Below are positions 8,382 through 17,517 of a DNA stretch of 64,000 bases, in pieces. The stretch is from an uncultured Alphaproteobacteria bacterium (lineage in GTDB: Bacteria; Pseudomonadota; Alphaproteobacteria; CACIAM-22H2): assembly GCA_963748455.1 (NCBI GenBank), contig CAVVJD010000021.1, positions 398,906-462,905 of the forward strand. The letters are read 5' to 3'. Positions within the stretch are counted from its first letter, which is position 1, and each line of letters starts with the position of its first letter. The position numbers and the translations under genes are program-made. The notes below the pieces were generated by a model that was given only the letters and a program-made list of their open reading frames with translations, had not been told where the DNA came from and searched no databases.

Positions 8382-10208
8382 ATGAATGCCAAGCCCTTGA
8401 TTCTCAGCCCCGATATGGCAACCACCCCGGCTGTTTCCTCGGCCGCGCTGGCGCGCCGGCTGCTCAGCCAACATGTGCGCCCCTACGCGCTCAGGGTGGC
8501 GGGCGGCATGGCCCTGATGGGGATCGCGGCGGCGGCGACGGCAGCGCTGGCCTGGCTGATGAAGCCGGTCATCGACGATGTGTTCGTCAACCGCAATCAT
8601 TCGATGCTGCTGATCGTGACGGCCTCGGTCATCATCGCCTCCCTGGTCAAGGGCATCGCGATGTACGGCCAGACGGTGACGCTCAACCGTGTGGGCCAGC
8701 GCATCATCGCCGACCTGCAGACGCGGATGTTCGCGCAGCTCATGCGCGCCGATCTGCAGTTCTTCCACGACAACCCGACCGGCCAGCTGATCTCGCGGCT
8801 GACCAACGACGTCAATTTGATGCGCGGCACGGTCACGCAGGTCTTCACCTCGATCGGGCTCGACGTGATGTCGGTCGCGTTCCTGGTCGTGGTGATGTTC
8901 TGGCGCGACTGGACCTTGGGGCTGATCGCCTTCGTCGCTTTTCCGCTGGCGATCTTCCCGATCGTGCGGATCGGGCGGCGGATGCGCAAAGTCTCCGCCA
9001 ACACGCAAGTGGAGATGGGCAATCTCGCGGCGTTGCTGGAGGAGACGTTCCAGGGGGCGCGCCACGTCAAGGCCTACGGCATGGAGGATTACGAGACCGG
9101 CCGGGCGCGCGCGATCGTCTGGCGCATCACGGGGCTGGTCAACAAGGCCGTGCGGGTGCGCGCCCTCTCCAATCCGATCATGGAGCTGCTGGGCGCCATC
9201 GCGATCGCCGGGGTGATCCTCTATGGCGGTAATGCCGTGATCACCGGCACGACGACGGCGGGCGATTTCTTCTCGTTCATGACGGCGCTGCTGCTCGCCT
9301 ACCGGCCGGTCAAGAGCCTCGCCAATTTGAACGCGACGCTGCAGGAAGGTCTGGCCGCGGCGGCGCGAGTGTTCTCGATCATCGACCTCGCACCCGATAT
9401 CCGCGAGCGCGACAATGCGCGCGCCCTCGCCCCCACCGGCGGCGAAATCCGCTTCGAGGCGGTCGGCTTCGCCTACAAGGAAAACGAGCCGGTGCTGCGC
9501 TCCCTGTCGCTCGCGTGCCCGAAGGGGCGCATCGCCGCCCTGGTCGGCCCGTCGGGCGGCGGCAAGTCGACGATCATCAATCTCATTCCGCGCTTCTACG
9601 ATGTCGAGACGGGGCGCGTGACGATCGACGGCGTCGATGTGCGCGATGCGACGCTCACCAGCCTGCGCGCCCAGATCGCCATCGTCAGCCAGGATATCAG
9701 CCTGTTCCACGACACGGTGCGCGCCAACATCGCCTATGGGCGGCCGGGGGCGAGCGAGGCCGAGATCGCCGAGGCGGCGCGGCTGGCCGGCGCCGATGAG
9801 TTCGTCGCCGCGCTGCCGCAAGGCTACGACACGATGGTGGGCGAGCGCGGCACCAAGCTGTCGGGCGGCCAGCGCCAGCGCATCGCGATTGCGCGCGCCC
9901 TTCTCAAGAACGCGCCGATCCTGCTGCTCGATGAAGCCACGTCGGCGCTCGACAACGAGACCGAGCGGCAGGTGCAGACGGCGCTCAAGACGCTGATGCA
10001 GGGGCGCACGACGCTGGTCGTGGCGCATCGCCTGTCGACCATCGCCGACGCCGACGTCATCTACGTCGTGGAAGGTGGACGTGTCGTTGAGCAAGGCCGC
10101 CATGCGGAGCTGCTGGCGCGCGGCGGTGCCTATGCACGGCTCTACGCCGCGCAGGCGCAGAGCGGTGCCACGCGCGGCGACGATACGCCGGCGCGGGTCC
10201 GCGCCTAA
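8382..10208 (+). CDS. msbA: ABC transporter permease/ATPase, lipid A export (MsbA-like)
   Basis: ORF 8265..10208; six-TM N-terminal half, then Walker A GPSGGGKST, signature LSGGQRQRIAIARA and Walker B ILLLDEATSALD. Heads a lipid A/Kdo gene block. Start 8382 chosen, 8358 possible. Confidence 0.85.
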   Translation: MNAKPLILSPDMATTPAVSSAALARRLLSQHVRPYALRVAGGMALMGIAAAATAALAWLMKPVIDDVFVNRNHSMLLIVTASVIIASLVKGIAMYGQTVTLNRVGQRIIADLQTRMFAQLMRADLQFFHDNPTGQLISRLTNDVNLMRGTVTQVFTSIGLDVMSVAFLVVVMFWRDWTLGLIAFVAFPLAIFPIVRIGRRMRKVSANTQVEMGNLAALLEETFQGARHVKAYGMEDYETGRARAIVWRITGLVNKAVRVRALSNPIMELLGAIAIAGVILYGGNAVITGTTTAGDFFSFMTALLLAYRPVKSLANLNATLQEGLAAAARVFSIIDLAPDIRERDNARALAPTGGEIRFEAVGFAYKENEPVLRSLSLACPKGRIAALVGPSGGGKSTIINLIPRFYDVETGRVTIDGVDVRDATLTSLRAQIAIVSQDISLFHDTVRANIAYGRPGASEAEIAEAARLAGADEFVAALPQGYDTMVGERGTKLSGGQRQRIAIARALLKNAPILLLDEATSALDNETERQVQTALKTLMQGRTTLVVAHRLSTIADADVIYVVEGGRVVEQGRHAELLARGGAYARLYAAQAQSGATRGDDTPARVRA

Positions 10209-10237
10209 ATCTCGCAACCCCGCGCAAGAGTGCCCGC

Positions 10238-10951
10238 GTGAAGCAGATCCTGCGCGCCAAGTCGGTACAGAGCGCCCTCAGTTGGATCCTGGCGCAGTAC
10301 ATCCGCTTCGTACACCTGACCAGCCGCTGGCCGGTCAAGGGCGGCGAGCACCCGGGTGCCTTGCTGGCGCGCAAGCAGCCCTTCATCGTCTGCTTCTGGC
10401 ATGGCCGCATCCTGATGATGCCGCAGGCGTGGGACCATATCCTGCCCATGCATGTGCTGATCTCCGAGCATCGCGACGGGCGGCTCATCTCGCGCACCAT
10501 GGACTGGTTCAATATTCATACCGTGGTCGGCTCGAGCTCGCGCGGCGCCACCACGGCGTTGCGCGAGATGGTGCGGCTGCTGCGCGCGAAAACTTGTATC
10601 TCCATCACGCCCGATGGGCCGCGGGGCCCACGCATGCGCGCGGCGCAAGGCGTGGTCGCGGCGGCGCGGCTGGCCGGCGTGCCGATCCTGCCGCTCACCT
10701 TCTCAACGACGCGCGGACGCAATGCGCGCAGCTGGGACCGATTTCTGGTCGCCTTCCCGTTCGGGCGCGGCGTGTTCATCTGGGGTGCGCCCATCACCGT
10801 GCCCGGCGATGCCGATGAAGACACGCTCGAGCGCTGCCGCCGCGCGGTCGAAACCGCGTTGAACGACATGACGGACGAAGCCGACCGGATGTGCGGGCGC
10901 GAGGCTGTGACGCCGATGCCCGAGGCCGCGCTGCCGGAAGGGAGCAAATAG
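10238..10951 (+). CDS. DUF374-domain lysophospholipid acyltransferase family protein
   Basis: GTG start; ...FIVCFWHGRILMMP...SEHRDGRLIS...ITPDGPRGPRMRA.... Its position immediately upstream of waaA is typical. Confidence 0.7.
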   Translation: MKQILRAKSVQSALSWILAQYIRFVHLTSRWPVKGGEHPGALLARKQPFIVCFWHGRILMMPQAWDHILPMHVLISEHRDGRLISRTMDWFNIHTVVGSSSRGATTALREMVRLLRAKTCISITPDGPRGPRMRAAQGVVAAARLAGVPILPLTFSTTRGRNARSWDRFLVAFPFGRGVFIWGAPITVPGDADEDTLERCRRAVETALNDMTDEADRMCGREAVTPMPEAALPEGSK

Positions 10952-10953
10952 GC

Positions 10954-12246
10954 ATGGGCCTCGCCCTCTATCGCGGTGCCGCCGCGATCGCAGCCCCGGC
11001 GCTGCGGCTGTGGCTTGGCCACCGCAGGCGCCACGGCAAGGAGGACGCAGCGCGCCTGGGCGAGCGCTACGGCATCGCCAGCATGGCGCGGCCGGTCGGG
11101 CCGTTGCTGTGGTTCCACGCCGCGAGCAACGGCAAATCGCGCTCGGCGCTGGGCCTGGTCAAGGCGCTGCTCGCCGTGCGGCCGGACCTGCATATTCTGT
11201 TCACGACGTTCACGCTAACCGCCGGACGGATGCTGCAAGAGGCGCTGCCGCCGCGCGCCATGCATCAATTCGTGCCCTTAGACGTGCCGGCCTGGGTCGA
11301 CCGTTTCCTCGATCATTGGCGCCCCGATGGGGCGATCTGGATCGAGGGCGATGTCTGGCCGAATCTTGCCGCGCGCGCGGCGGCGCGCGGGGTTCCGCTG
11401 GCCTTCGTCAATGCGCGCCTGTCGCAGCGTTCGTTCGCGCGCTGGCAGAAATTCGAAGGCGTGATGCGCCCGCCGCTCGACCAGTTCGGCATCTGCCTGG
11501 CGCAAAGCCCTGCCGATGCAGAGCGTCTGACGACGCTGGGTGCACGCAACGTGAAATTCGTCGGCCATCTCAAATTCGACGGCGCGCAATTGCCGGTCGA
11601 TCCTGCAGCGCTCACCGGCCTCGCCACGGCGATGGAGGGGCGCACGGTCTGGCTTGCCGCCAGCACGCGACCGGGCGAAGAGGAAGTCGTGCTCGAGGCA
11701 CACAAGATTCTGGCGAAGCGCCATGCCGGGCTGCTGACGATCCTCGTGCCGCGTCATGCGCGCCGCGGCGACGAGGTGGAGGCGATCTTGCGCGCGCGCG
11801 GCCTGAGCGTGGCGCGGCGCTCGCGCGGGGACCGGCCCGGCAAGGAGACCGAAATTTATCTCGCCGACACGATGGGGGAGTTGGGGCTGTTTTACCGCCT
11901 GACCGGGATCGCCTTCATCGGCGCCTCGCTGATCGACAAGGGCGGGCAGAACCCGCTGGAAGCGGCCCAGCTCGGCTGCGCCATGGCGTTCGGGCCGGAT
12001 ATGAGCAATTGCCGCGACATCGCCGACGCGATGCTGAGTGCGGGTGCCGCGGTCGAAATCCGCGATGGCGCCAGCATGGCCGATGCGATCTCCGCGTATC
12101 TGAGCGATCCTGCCTTACGCCAGCGCGCGATGCAGGCCGGCGTCAATGTCGCAGCACAGGGCCGTGGCGCCACGGAGCGCGTGCTGGCAGAACTGGCGCC
12201 GCTGCTGGCGGCGCTGCCTCAAGATCACTCCCATGCGCGCGCCTGA
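10954..12246 (+). CDS. waaA: 3-deoxy-D-manno-octulosonic acid (Kdo) transferase
   Basis: MGLALYRGAAAIAAPALRLWL...LLWFHAASNG...DVWPNL...LADTMGELGLFY...GGQNPLEAAQLGCA, collinear with WaaA/KdtA. Confidence 0.85.
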   Translation: MGLALYRGAAAIAAPALRLWLGHRRRHGKEDAARLGERYGIASMARPVGPLLWFHAASNGKSRSALGLVKALLAVRPDLHILFTTFTLTAGRMLQEALPPRAMHQFVPLDVPAWVDRFLDHWRPDGAIWIEGDVWPNLAARAAARGVPLAFVNARLSQRSFARWQKFEGVMRPPLDQFGICLAQSPADAERLTTLGARNVKFVGHLKFDGAQLPVDPAALTGLATAMEGRTVWLAASTRPGEEEVVLEAHKILAKRHAGLLTILVPRHARRGDEVEAILRARGLSVARRSRGDRPGKETEIYLADTMGELGLFYRLTGIAFIGASLIDKGGQNPLEAAQLGCAMAFGPDMSNCRDIADAMLSAGAAVEIRDGASMADAISAYLSDPALRQRAMQAGVNVAAQGRGATERVLAELAPLLAALPQDHSHARA

Positions 12247-13229
12247 ATTCTGGCAGCAGCCGCCGGGGCTGGCGTCATCATTGCTCGCGCCATTTGCGGC
12301 GCTCTACGACGCGGCCGGGCGCCTGCGCGCCCAGCGCACGATCCCTTGGCGCGCGCCCGTGCCGGTCGTGTGCGTGGGCAATCTCGTTGCCGGCGGTGCG
12401 GGCAAGACGCCGACGGCGCTGGCGATCGGCGCGCAGTTACAGGCGAGCGGACTCAATGTCGCGTTCCTGTCGCGCGGCTATGGGCGGCGCGGCCATGGTA
12501 CGATCCTGGTCGACCCCGCGCGTCACGGCGCCGCCGAGGTTGGCGACGAACCGCTGCTGCTGGCGGGCGTGGCGCCAACCATCGTCGCCGGCGATCGCAA
12601 GGACGCGGCGCGGCTGGCGATCGCGGAAGGGGCCGATGTGCTGGTCCTCGATGACGGGCTCCAGAACCCGGCCCTGCACAAGGATGCGCGGCTGGTGGTG
12701 GTCGATGGCGCCAGCGGCTTTGGCAACGGCAAAGTGATTCCGGCCGGACCGCTGCGCGAAGACCTGACGCGCGGCCTGGCGCGGGCCAGCGCCTTCGTGC
12801 TGATCGGCGCGGATCGTACCGGCGTGGTGCCGCTGCTTGGCGGCGCCGCCGTGCTGCGCGCCCGGATGGTGCCCGACGAGAATGCGCGCCGGACTGCGCG
12901 GCGAACGGGTGGTGGCCTTCGCGGGCATCGGCCGGCCGGCGAAGTTCTTCGACACGTTGAGCGAGATCGGTGCCGAATTGCTCGCGCGCACATCGTTCGC
13001 CGATCATCACGCCTACAGCGATGGCGATATCGCGGCGCTGCGCGAGAGTGCGGCAAGGCATGGCGCGCGGCTGGTCACGACGCAGAAGGACTGGGTGCGC
13101 CTGCCCGAGGCGGCGCGGCGCAATATCACGGCCGTGACGGTCACGCTCGTCTTCGATCCGCCCGAGGCGGCGATGGCGCTGCTGCAGCCCTTGCTCGCCC
13201 CCAAGCGGCTGGAGCGCGCGCGTGGCTGA
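12233..13229 (+). pseudogene. lpxK: Tetraacyldisaccharide 4'-kinase, +1 frameshift as read
   Basis: MRAPEFWQQ...VVCVGNLVAGGAGKTP (P-loop)...VLDDGLQNP... continues in ORF 12837..13229 (GLRGERVVAFAGIGRPAKFFDTL...FADHHAY...TTQKDWVRL). The junction gcgcgccggactg near 12889 is restored by removing one c. Confidence 0.85.
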
Positions 13230-14125
13230 GCGGGCACTCTGGCAGCGCTGGGTCACGCGCACATCTCGCGCGGCCGCTCGAGACGGTCTTCGTGCGCGCC
13301 TGCTTCCGGCTGCTGCAGATGCTGTCGATCGATGCCAGCTCGGCGGTCGGCGGCGCTGTCGCGCGCACGATCGGGCCGTGGATCGGCGTCAGCCGGCGCG
13401 CGCGCAAGAATGTCTGCGCGATGTTTTCCCGAGAAATCGGATGCGAAGATCGAGGCGATCATCCGCGACATGTGGGACAATCCTCGGCCGCGTGGCCGCG
13501 GAGTATCCGCATCTCGCGCGCATGCTGGCAACTTCATCCGGATGGCCGGATCGAAGTCCGCGGCATGGAGCATGTCGAGCGCGCCAAGGCGCGCGGCACG
13601 TCGATCATCTTCTTCTCCGGGCATCTTGCGAACTGGGAAGTTTGTGCCATTACGGCGATGAAGTTCGGGGCCCCGCTCAATCTCGTCTACCGGCCGGCCA
13701 ACAACGAAGCCGTCGAGACGCTGTTCCAGGACGGGCGTGGCGCCATCGCCGAGGGGTTGCTGCCCAAGGGCCCAGACGGGGCGCGCGCGATGCTGCAATG
13801 CCTGCGCGACCATCGCCATCTCGGCATGCTGCTCGACCAGAAGATGAGCGATGGCATCGAGGTGCCGTTCTTCGGGCGGCCGGCGATGACGGCGGGTGCC
13901 TTGGGTCCGCTCGCGCAGAAATACGAATGCACGGTGATCCCCTCGCAGATCGAGCGGCTGGCGGGCGCGCGCTTCCGCCTCACCTTCCATCCGCCACTGG
14001 ACATCCCCGACAGCGGCGACCGCAAGGCCGACGCCCTCGCGGTGATGACGCGCGTCAACGCGTATTTCGAAGACTGGATCCGCCAGCGTCCGGGCCAGTG
14101 GTTGTGGCTGCATCGCCGGTGGTAG
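13222..14125 (+). pseudogene. lpxL: Lipid A biosynthesis lauroyl/acyl transferase (LpxL/HtrB family), at least 3 frameshifts as read; start uncertain
   Basis: The protein is readable only by hopping frames: ...SRRARKNVCAMF | FPEKSDAKIEAIIRDMWDN | LGRVAAEYPHLARML | HPDGRIEVRGMEHVE...FFSGHLANWE...LLDQKMSDGIEVPFFG.... Extra bases lie near 13425 (tttt), 13482 (cc) and 13530 (aa). A GTG at 13222 plus a fourth +1 near 13260 would give about 299 aa. Confidence 0.7.
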
Positions 14126-14169
14126 CAGCGAGTTTCGTGCAGAGAGGTAGCGCACTCCCTTTTTCTCTG

Positions 14170-14242
14170 TCATGCGCGGGCTTGACCCGCGCATCTGACA
14201 CCGCGCGACTGTCAGACCCGCGGGTCAAGCCCGCGGGTGACA
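14170..14242. repeat. Second copy of the GGGCTTGACCCGCGC / CGCGGGTCAAGCCCGCGGGTGACA inverted-repeat element
   Basis: Matches 4017-4102 at both arms. Confidence 0.85.
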
Positions 14243-14277
14243 ATTAGGGAAAAACAGCAAAGCGCGGAGAGCGTTCG

Positions 14278-14821
14278 TCAAAACTCGATCTGGATCGTCG
14301 GCCAGAAGCGCTGCCACTGCTTGGTTTCGATGCGGGTGCGATAAGCGTCGCTGCGCTCGCGGCCACGTGGCGTCGGGCGCACGCGTACGGCCATCAGATC
14401 CTCCAAACCGAACGGGGCGATGACGCTTAGCTTGTCCTGGGCATCCAGCGCCACGGCGATGGCCGTCGGCGTTTCCAGCCAAAAGCGCAGCGCGTCCGCC
14501 GTCGATTTATAGGGCGCATCACCGTTGTGCAGATGCATGCGCGCCTGGTTGGTGACTGACCAGGCGACGTCCGGCATGACGGCAGAGAGCTTCGCTTCGA
14601 AATCCTGCTCGCGCTCCGGCGACAGATCGGCCGGGTCGAAATACAGCACGTCGACGTCGCTGGGCTTGGTGCGCACGGTCTTGTTCGTGATCGCGTCCTA
14701 GACGGGGTTGCGCACGAAGCCGGCGCCGATCGCCCAGTCCGGCAGGCCGAGCGCGCGGACGGCGCGCAGCACCTGCATCGACCAGGCGTCTTTGCGCGAA
14801 GAAGGACGGATGATGTCCCAT
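14278..14821 (-). pseudogene. Nucleotidyltransferase family protein (DUF925/NTP_transf_6-like) with +1 frameshift at codon 2 and an in-frame TAG
   Basis: Minus-strand reading: ATG(14821) g GAC ATC ATC... = M D I I R P S S R K D A W S M Q V L R A V R A L G L P D W A I G A G F V R N P V TAG(14700-14698) D A I T N K T V R T K P S D V D V L Y F D. It then continues as ORF 14278..14676. Confidence 0.6.
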
Positions 14822-14878
14822 CTAAGTCATGATTTGGTCATTGGTCTCGCCGTGCGCTCGGCATGTAATATACACATT

Positions 14879-15060
14879 CCCTCTCCGCCGCGAAGCGGGG
14901 AGAGGGAGGGGCCGCTTCGCTAGCCTCGGCGGGCTTGCCCGCTGTAGCTAGCGAAGGCGGGAGGGTGAGGTGGTGGTTCCGGCAAACGGAGCTCGCAGCG
15001 GAAGCACCCACCTCACCCTAAATCCCTCATCCGCCCTAAAGGGCGGAGAGGGACTTTCGA
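14879..15060. repeat. Nested-palindrome intergenic mosaic element, copy 2
   Basis: CCCTCTCCGCCGCGAAGCGGGGAGAGGG...GGGTGAGGTGG...CCCACCTCACCCTAAATCCCTC..GGGCGGAGAGGGACTTTCGA. Collinear with copy 4 (38474-38646). Confidence 0.85.
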
Positions 15061-15076
15061 GCGCGCAAACGCGGCG

Positions 15077-15943
15077 TCATTCGAAAGATGATGACTGCTT
15101 CAAACGCCCGCCTGTCGCGCTCTTGCCGTTCGCCGGCATCGGCGGCACCAGCAAGGCGGGATCGAGGCGGATGTCGAAGAGGTTCATGCCCCAGTGGAGA
15201 TGCGGGCCGGTGGCGCGGCCGGTGGCGCCGACCTTGCCGATCATCTGGCCCTGCTTGACGCGCGCACCCAAAGGCACGGTGATCTCGCTCAGATGATAGT
15301 AGACGGAGTTGAGGCCGAAGCCGTGATCGACGATCAGGGTCTTGCCGCTCAGCAACATTCCCTCATGCGCCAGCGTCACTTCGCCATCGGCGGTGGCGCG
15401 GACCGGCGTGCCGGGAGGTACAGCGATGTCGACGCCGAAATGCGGTGCGCGCGCTTCGCCGTTCAAGACACGCTGGCTGCCGAAGACGCCGCTGATCGGT
15501 CCAATGACAGGCCAAATGAATCCGGCGCCGAACAACGGCTCCGGGCTGTCGATCTTGCGCGCTTCGCGCGCCAGCTCACCCTCGGCGCGGATGCGCTTCA
15601 GCTCTTCCTCGTTGGGCGTCACGGTCTGCTGCGGCAGGCCGTCGACGCGCTGGATCAGCCAGTCGCGCTTCTTGACCGTGAGCGTGCGGGTTTCGCTGCG
15701 CCCGTCGGCATACGTGATCGCAAGCGATGCCGTCTGCGTGTCGCGGCCGAAGCCGAGCAGGAATGTGCCGTCGGCGCCGACGCGCAGCTCGCGATTGTCG
15801 AAGGCCAGTTTCGTGCCCGGCGGCACGTGGCCTTTGACCAGGCCGCCCTGCACGAAGGCACCCGAAAAGCTCAATTCATCGGCCGCAGCATCGCAAGACA
15901 GCGCGATCAGCAGCGCCAGCGTCGCGAGTGCGCGCGCGATCAC
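15077..15943 (-). CDS. M23 family metallopeptidase (LytM-type)
   Basis: GTG at 15943 overlaps the xseA stop (GTGA). Signal-like VIARALATLALLIALS; C-terminal HFGVDIAVPPGTPV...DHGFGLNSVYYHLSEI...GATGRATGPHLHWG motifs. Confidence 0.85.
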   Translation of the reverse strand: MIARALATLALLIALSCDAAADELSFSGAFVQGGLVKGHVPPGTKLAFDNRELRVGADGTFLLGFGRDTQTASLAITYADGRSETRTLTVKKRDWLIQRVDGLPQQTVTPNEEELKRIRAEGELAREARKIDSPEPLFGAGFIWPVIGPISGVFGSQRVLNGEARAPHFGVDIAVPPGTPVRATADGEVTLAHEGMLLSGKTLIVDHGFGLNSVYYHLSEITVPLGARVKQGQMIGKVGATGRATGPHLHWGMNLFDIRLDPALLVPPMPANGKSATGGRLKQSSSFE

Positions 15944-17451
15944 AGCAAGCTCCCCTGTCCGGCCGGCTTGGGCGCCCCGCCTTTGCGCGCGGATTTGGGC
16001 TTCTCGGTCGGCGTCCCTTCGACGCGCACGCCGACCTCGCCGTCGCGGAAGCGCACGCCGAGTGCCTGGCCCGGCGACGTGTCCGCCGCCGCCGTCACCG
16101 GATGGCCATCGGCATCGTGCACAAGCGCAAAGCCGCGATCGAGCACGCGCTCGTAGGAAAAGCTCTCGAGCAACTGCGACACGCCGACCAGATGCTTGCG
16201 GCGATCCTCGACGGCGCGGTTGGCGCAGCGTTCGGCGCGATGCGCCAGATCCTGAACGCGGGTGCTGTTCTGTTCGGCAATACGCTTTGCCGCATCGCTC
16301 CACGCGCTCAGACGCGCCGCGCGATCGCCGAACACCTGCTTGGCATGCAGAAGTTGTTGCTGTGGATGCGGCAGACGCGCGAAGGCCTGCGCGACGCGCG
16401 AGGCGCAGCCGCTCAACAGATTGCCGAACGAGAGGCGCAGACGCTCGGCGCGGTCGTCCAGCCGCTGGGCGCGATCCTCGATCAGGCGGCCAGGATCGCC
16501 GAGGCCGCGGCCGAGGCTGTCGACGCGCGTGCGCAGTTCTTCGATGCGGCGGCCCAGCGCGGCCACGAGGCGATGCTCGTCACGCAGCAGGCCGGTCAGC
16601 AGCTCGGCGCGCACCGGCACCGCCATCTCGGCCGCCGCAGTGGGAGTCGGCGCGCGACGATCGGACGCGAAATCGATCAGCGTTGTGTCGGTCTCGTGGC
16701 CGACGGCGGAAATCAGCGGGATGAGGCTCGCCGCGGCGGCGCGCACGACGATTTCCTCATTGAACGGCATCAGATCTTCGAGGCTGCCGCCGCCACGCGC
16801 CACGATCAGCAGATCCGGGCGCACCACCCGGTCGCCGGGTTGCAGCGCGTTGAACCCGGCAATGGCGGCGGCAATTTGATCGGCCGCGCCTTCGCCCTGG
16901 ACAGCCACCGGCCACAGCAGCACGTGGCGCGGAAAGCGGTCGGCGAGGCGGTGCAGGATGTCGCGGATCACCGCGCCGGTGGGCGAGGTGATGACGCCGA
17001 TCACATCGGGCAGGAAGGGCAGCTTCTTTTTCCGGCTTTCGTCAAAGAGCCCTTCGGCGGCGAGGCGCTTGCGCCGCTCCTCGATCATCTTGAGCAGCGC
17101 GCCCTCGCCCGCCAGCTCCATGCGCTCGATGATGAGCTGGTAGGTGGATTTGCCCGGATAGGTGGTCAGGCGGCCGGTGCAGATGACCTCCATGCCGTCC
17201 TCGGGCCTGAGGCCCAGGCGCGAGAGCGTGCCCTTCCAGATAACGGCGTCGAGCACCGCCGCCTCGTCCTTGAGGCGCAGGTAGCAATGGCCCGAACCGG
17301 GGGTGGTGGGGCGCGAAATCTCGCCGCGCACGCGCACCCAGCCGAAGGCGCCCTCGACGGTCTTTTTGACCGCGGAAGACAGCTCCGTGACCGTGAATTC
17401 CGGCAGATTCGGGCGCGCCGAGGACGCTTCTGGTATGGGAAAATCGCTCAT
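15940..17451 (-). CDS. xseA: Exodeoxyribonuclease VII large subunit
   Basis: MSDFPIPE...FTVTELSSAVKKTVEGAFGWVRVRGEIS...GHCYLRLKD...VIGVITSPTGAVIRDILHRL...ARGGGSLEDL. Divergent from purD. Confidence 0.9.
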   Translation of the reverse strand: MSDFPIPEASSARPNLPEFTVTELSSAVKKTVEGAFGWVRVRGEISRPTTPGSGHCYLRLKDEAAVLDAVIWKGTLSRLGLRPEDGMEVICTGRLTTYPGKSTYQLIIERMELAGEGALLKMIEERRKRLAAEGLFDESRKKKLPFLPDVIGVITSPTGAVIRDILHRLADRFPRHVLLWPVAVQGEGAADQIAAAIAGFNALQPGDRVVRPDLLIVARGGGSLEDLMPFNEEIVVRAAAASLIPLISAVGHETDTTLIDFASDRRAPTPTAAAEMAVPVRAELLTGLLRDEHRLVAALGRRIEELRTRVDSLGRGLGDPGRLIEDRAQRLDDRAERLRLSFGNLLSGCASRVAQAFARLPHPQQQLLHAKQVFGDRAARLSAWSDAAKRIAEQNSTRVQDLAHRAERCANRAVEDRRKHLVGVSQLLESFSYERVLDRGFALVHDADGHPVTAAADTSPGQALGVRFRDGEVGVRVEGTPTEKPKSARKGGAPKPAGQGSLL

Positions 17452-17517
17452 GGCGGATGTCAGGGGATATGATACAAGCCCCCCTCCGCGCAAGGATAAG
17501 GTTCAGGACGCCGACGT

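Noticed and set aside
8271-10217. 648-codon ORF antisense to msbA. Similar long antisense ORFs occur at 35137..37287 (opposite ileS), 15928..17472 (opposite xseA), 55615..57315, 57270..59099 and 59293..60366.
   Set aside because: These are typical high-GC shadow ORFs. Their translations are Arg/Ala/Gly/Pro-rich with no recognisable motifs, while the opposite strand encodes clearly recognisable proteins across the same span.
12146-14125. 659-codon ORF that looks like an LpxK-LpxL fusion protein.
   Set aside because: It is a chimera created by frameshifts. The true LpxK C-terminus is in ORF 12837..13229 and ends at TGA 13227-29. The stretch linking the two enzymes in this frame is non-homologous filler.
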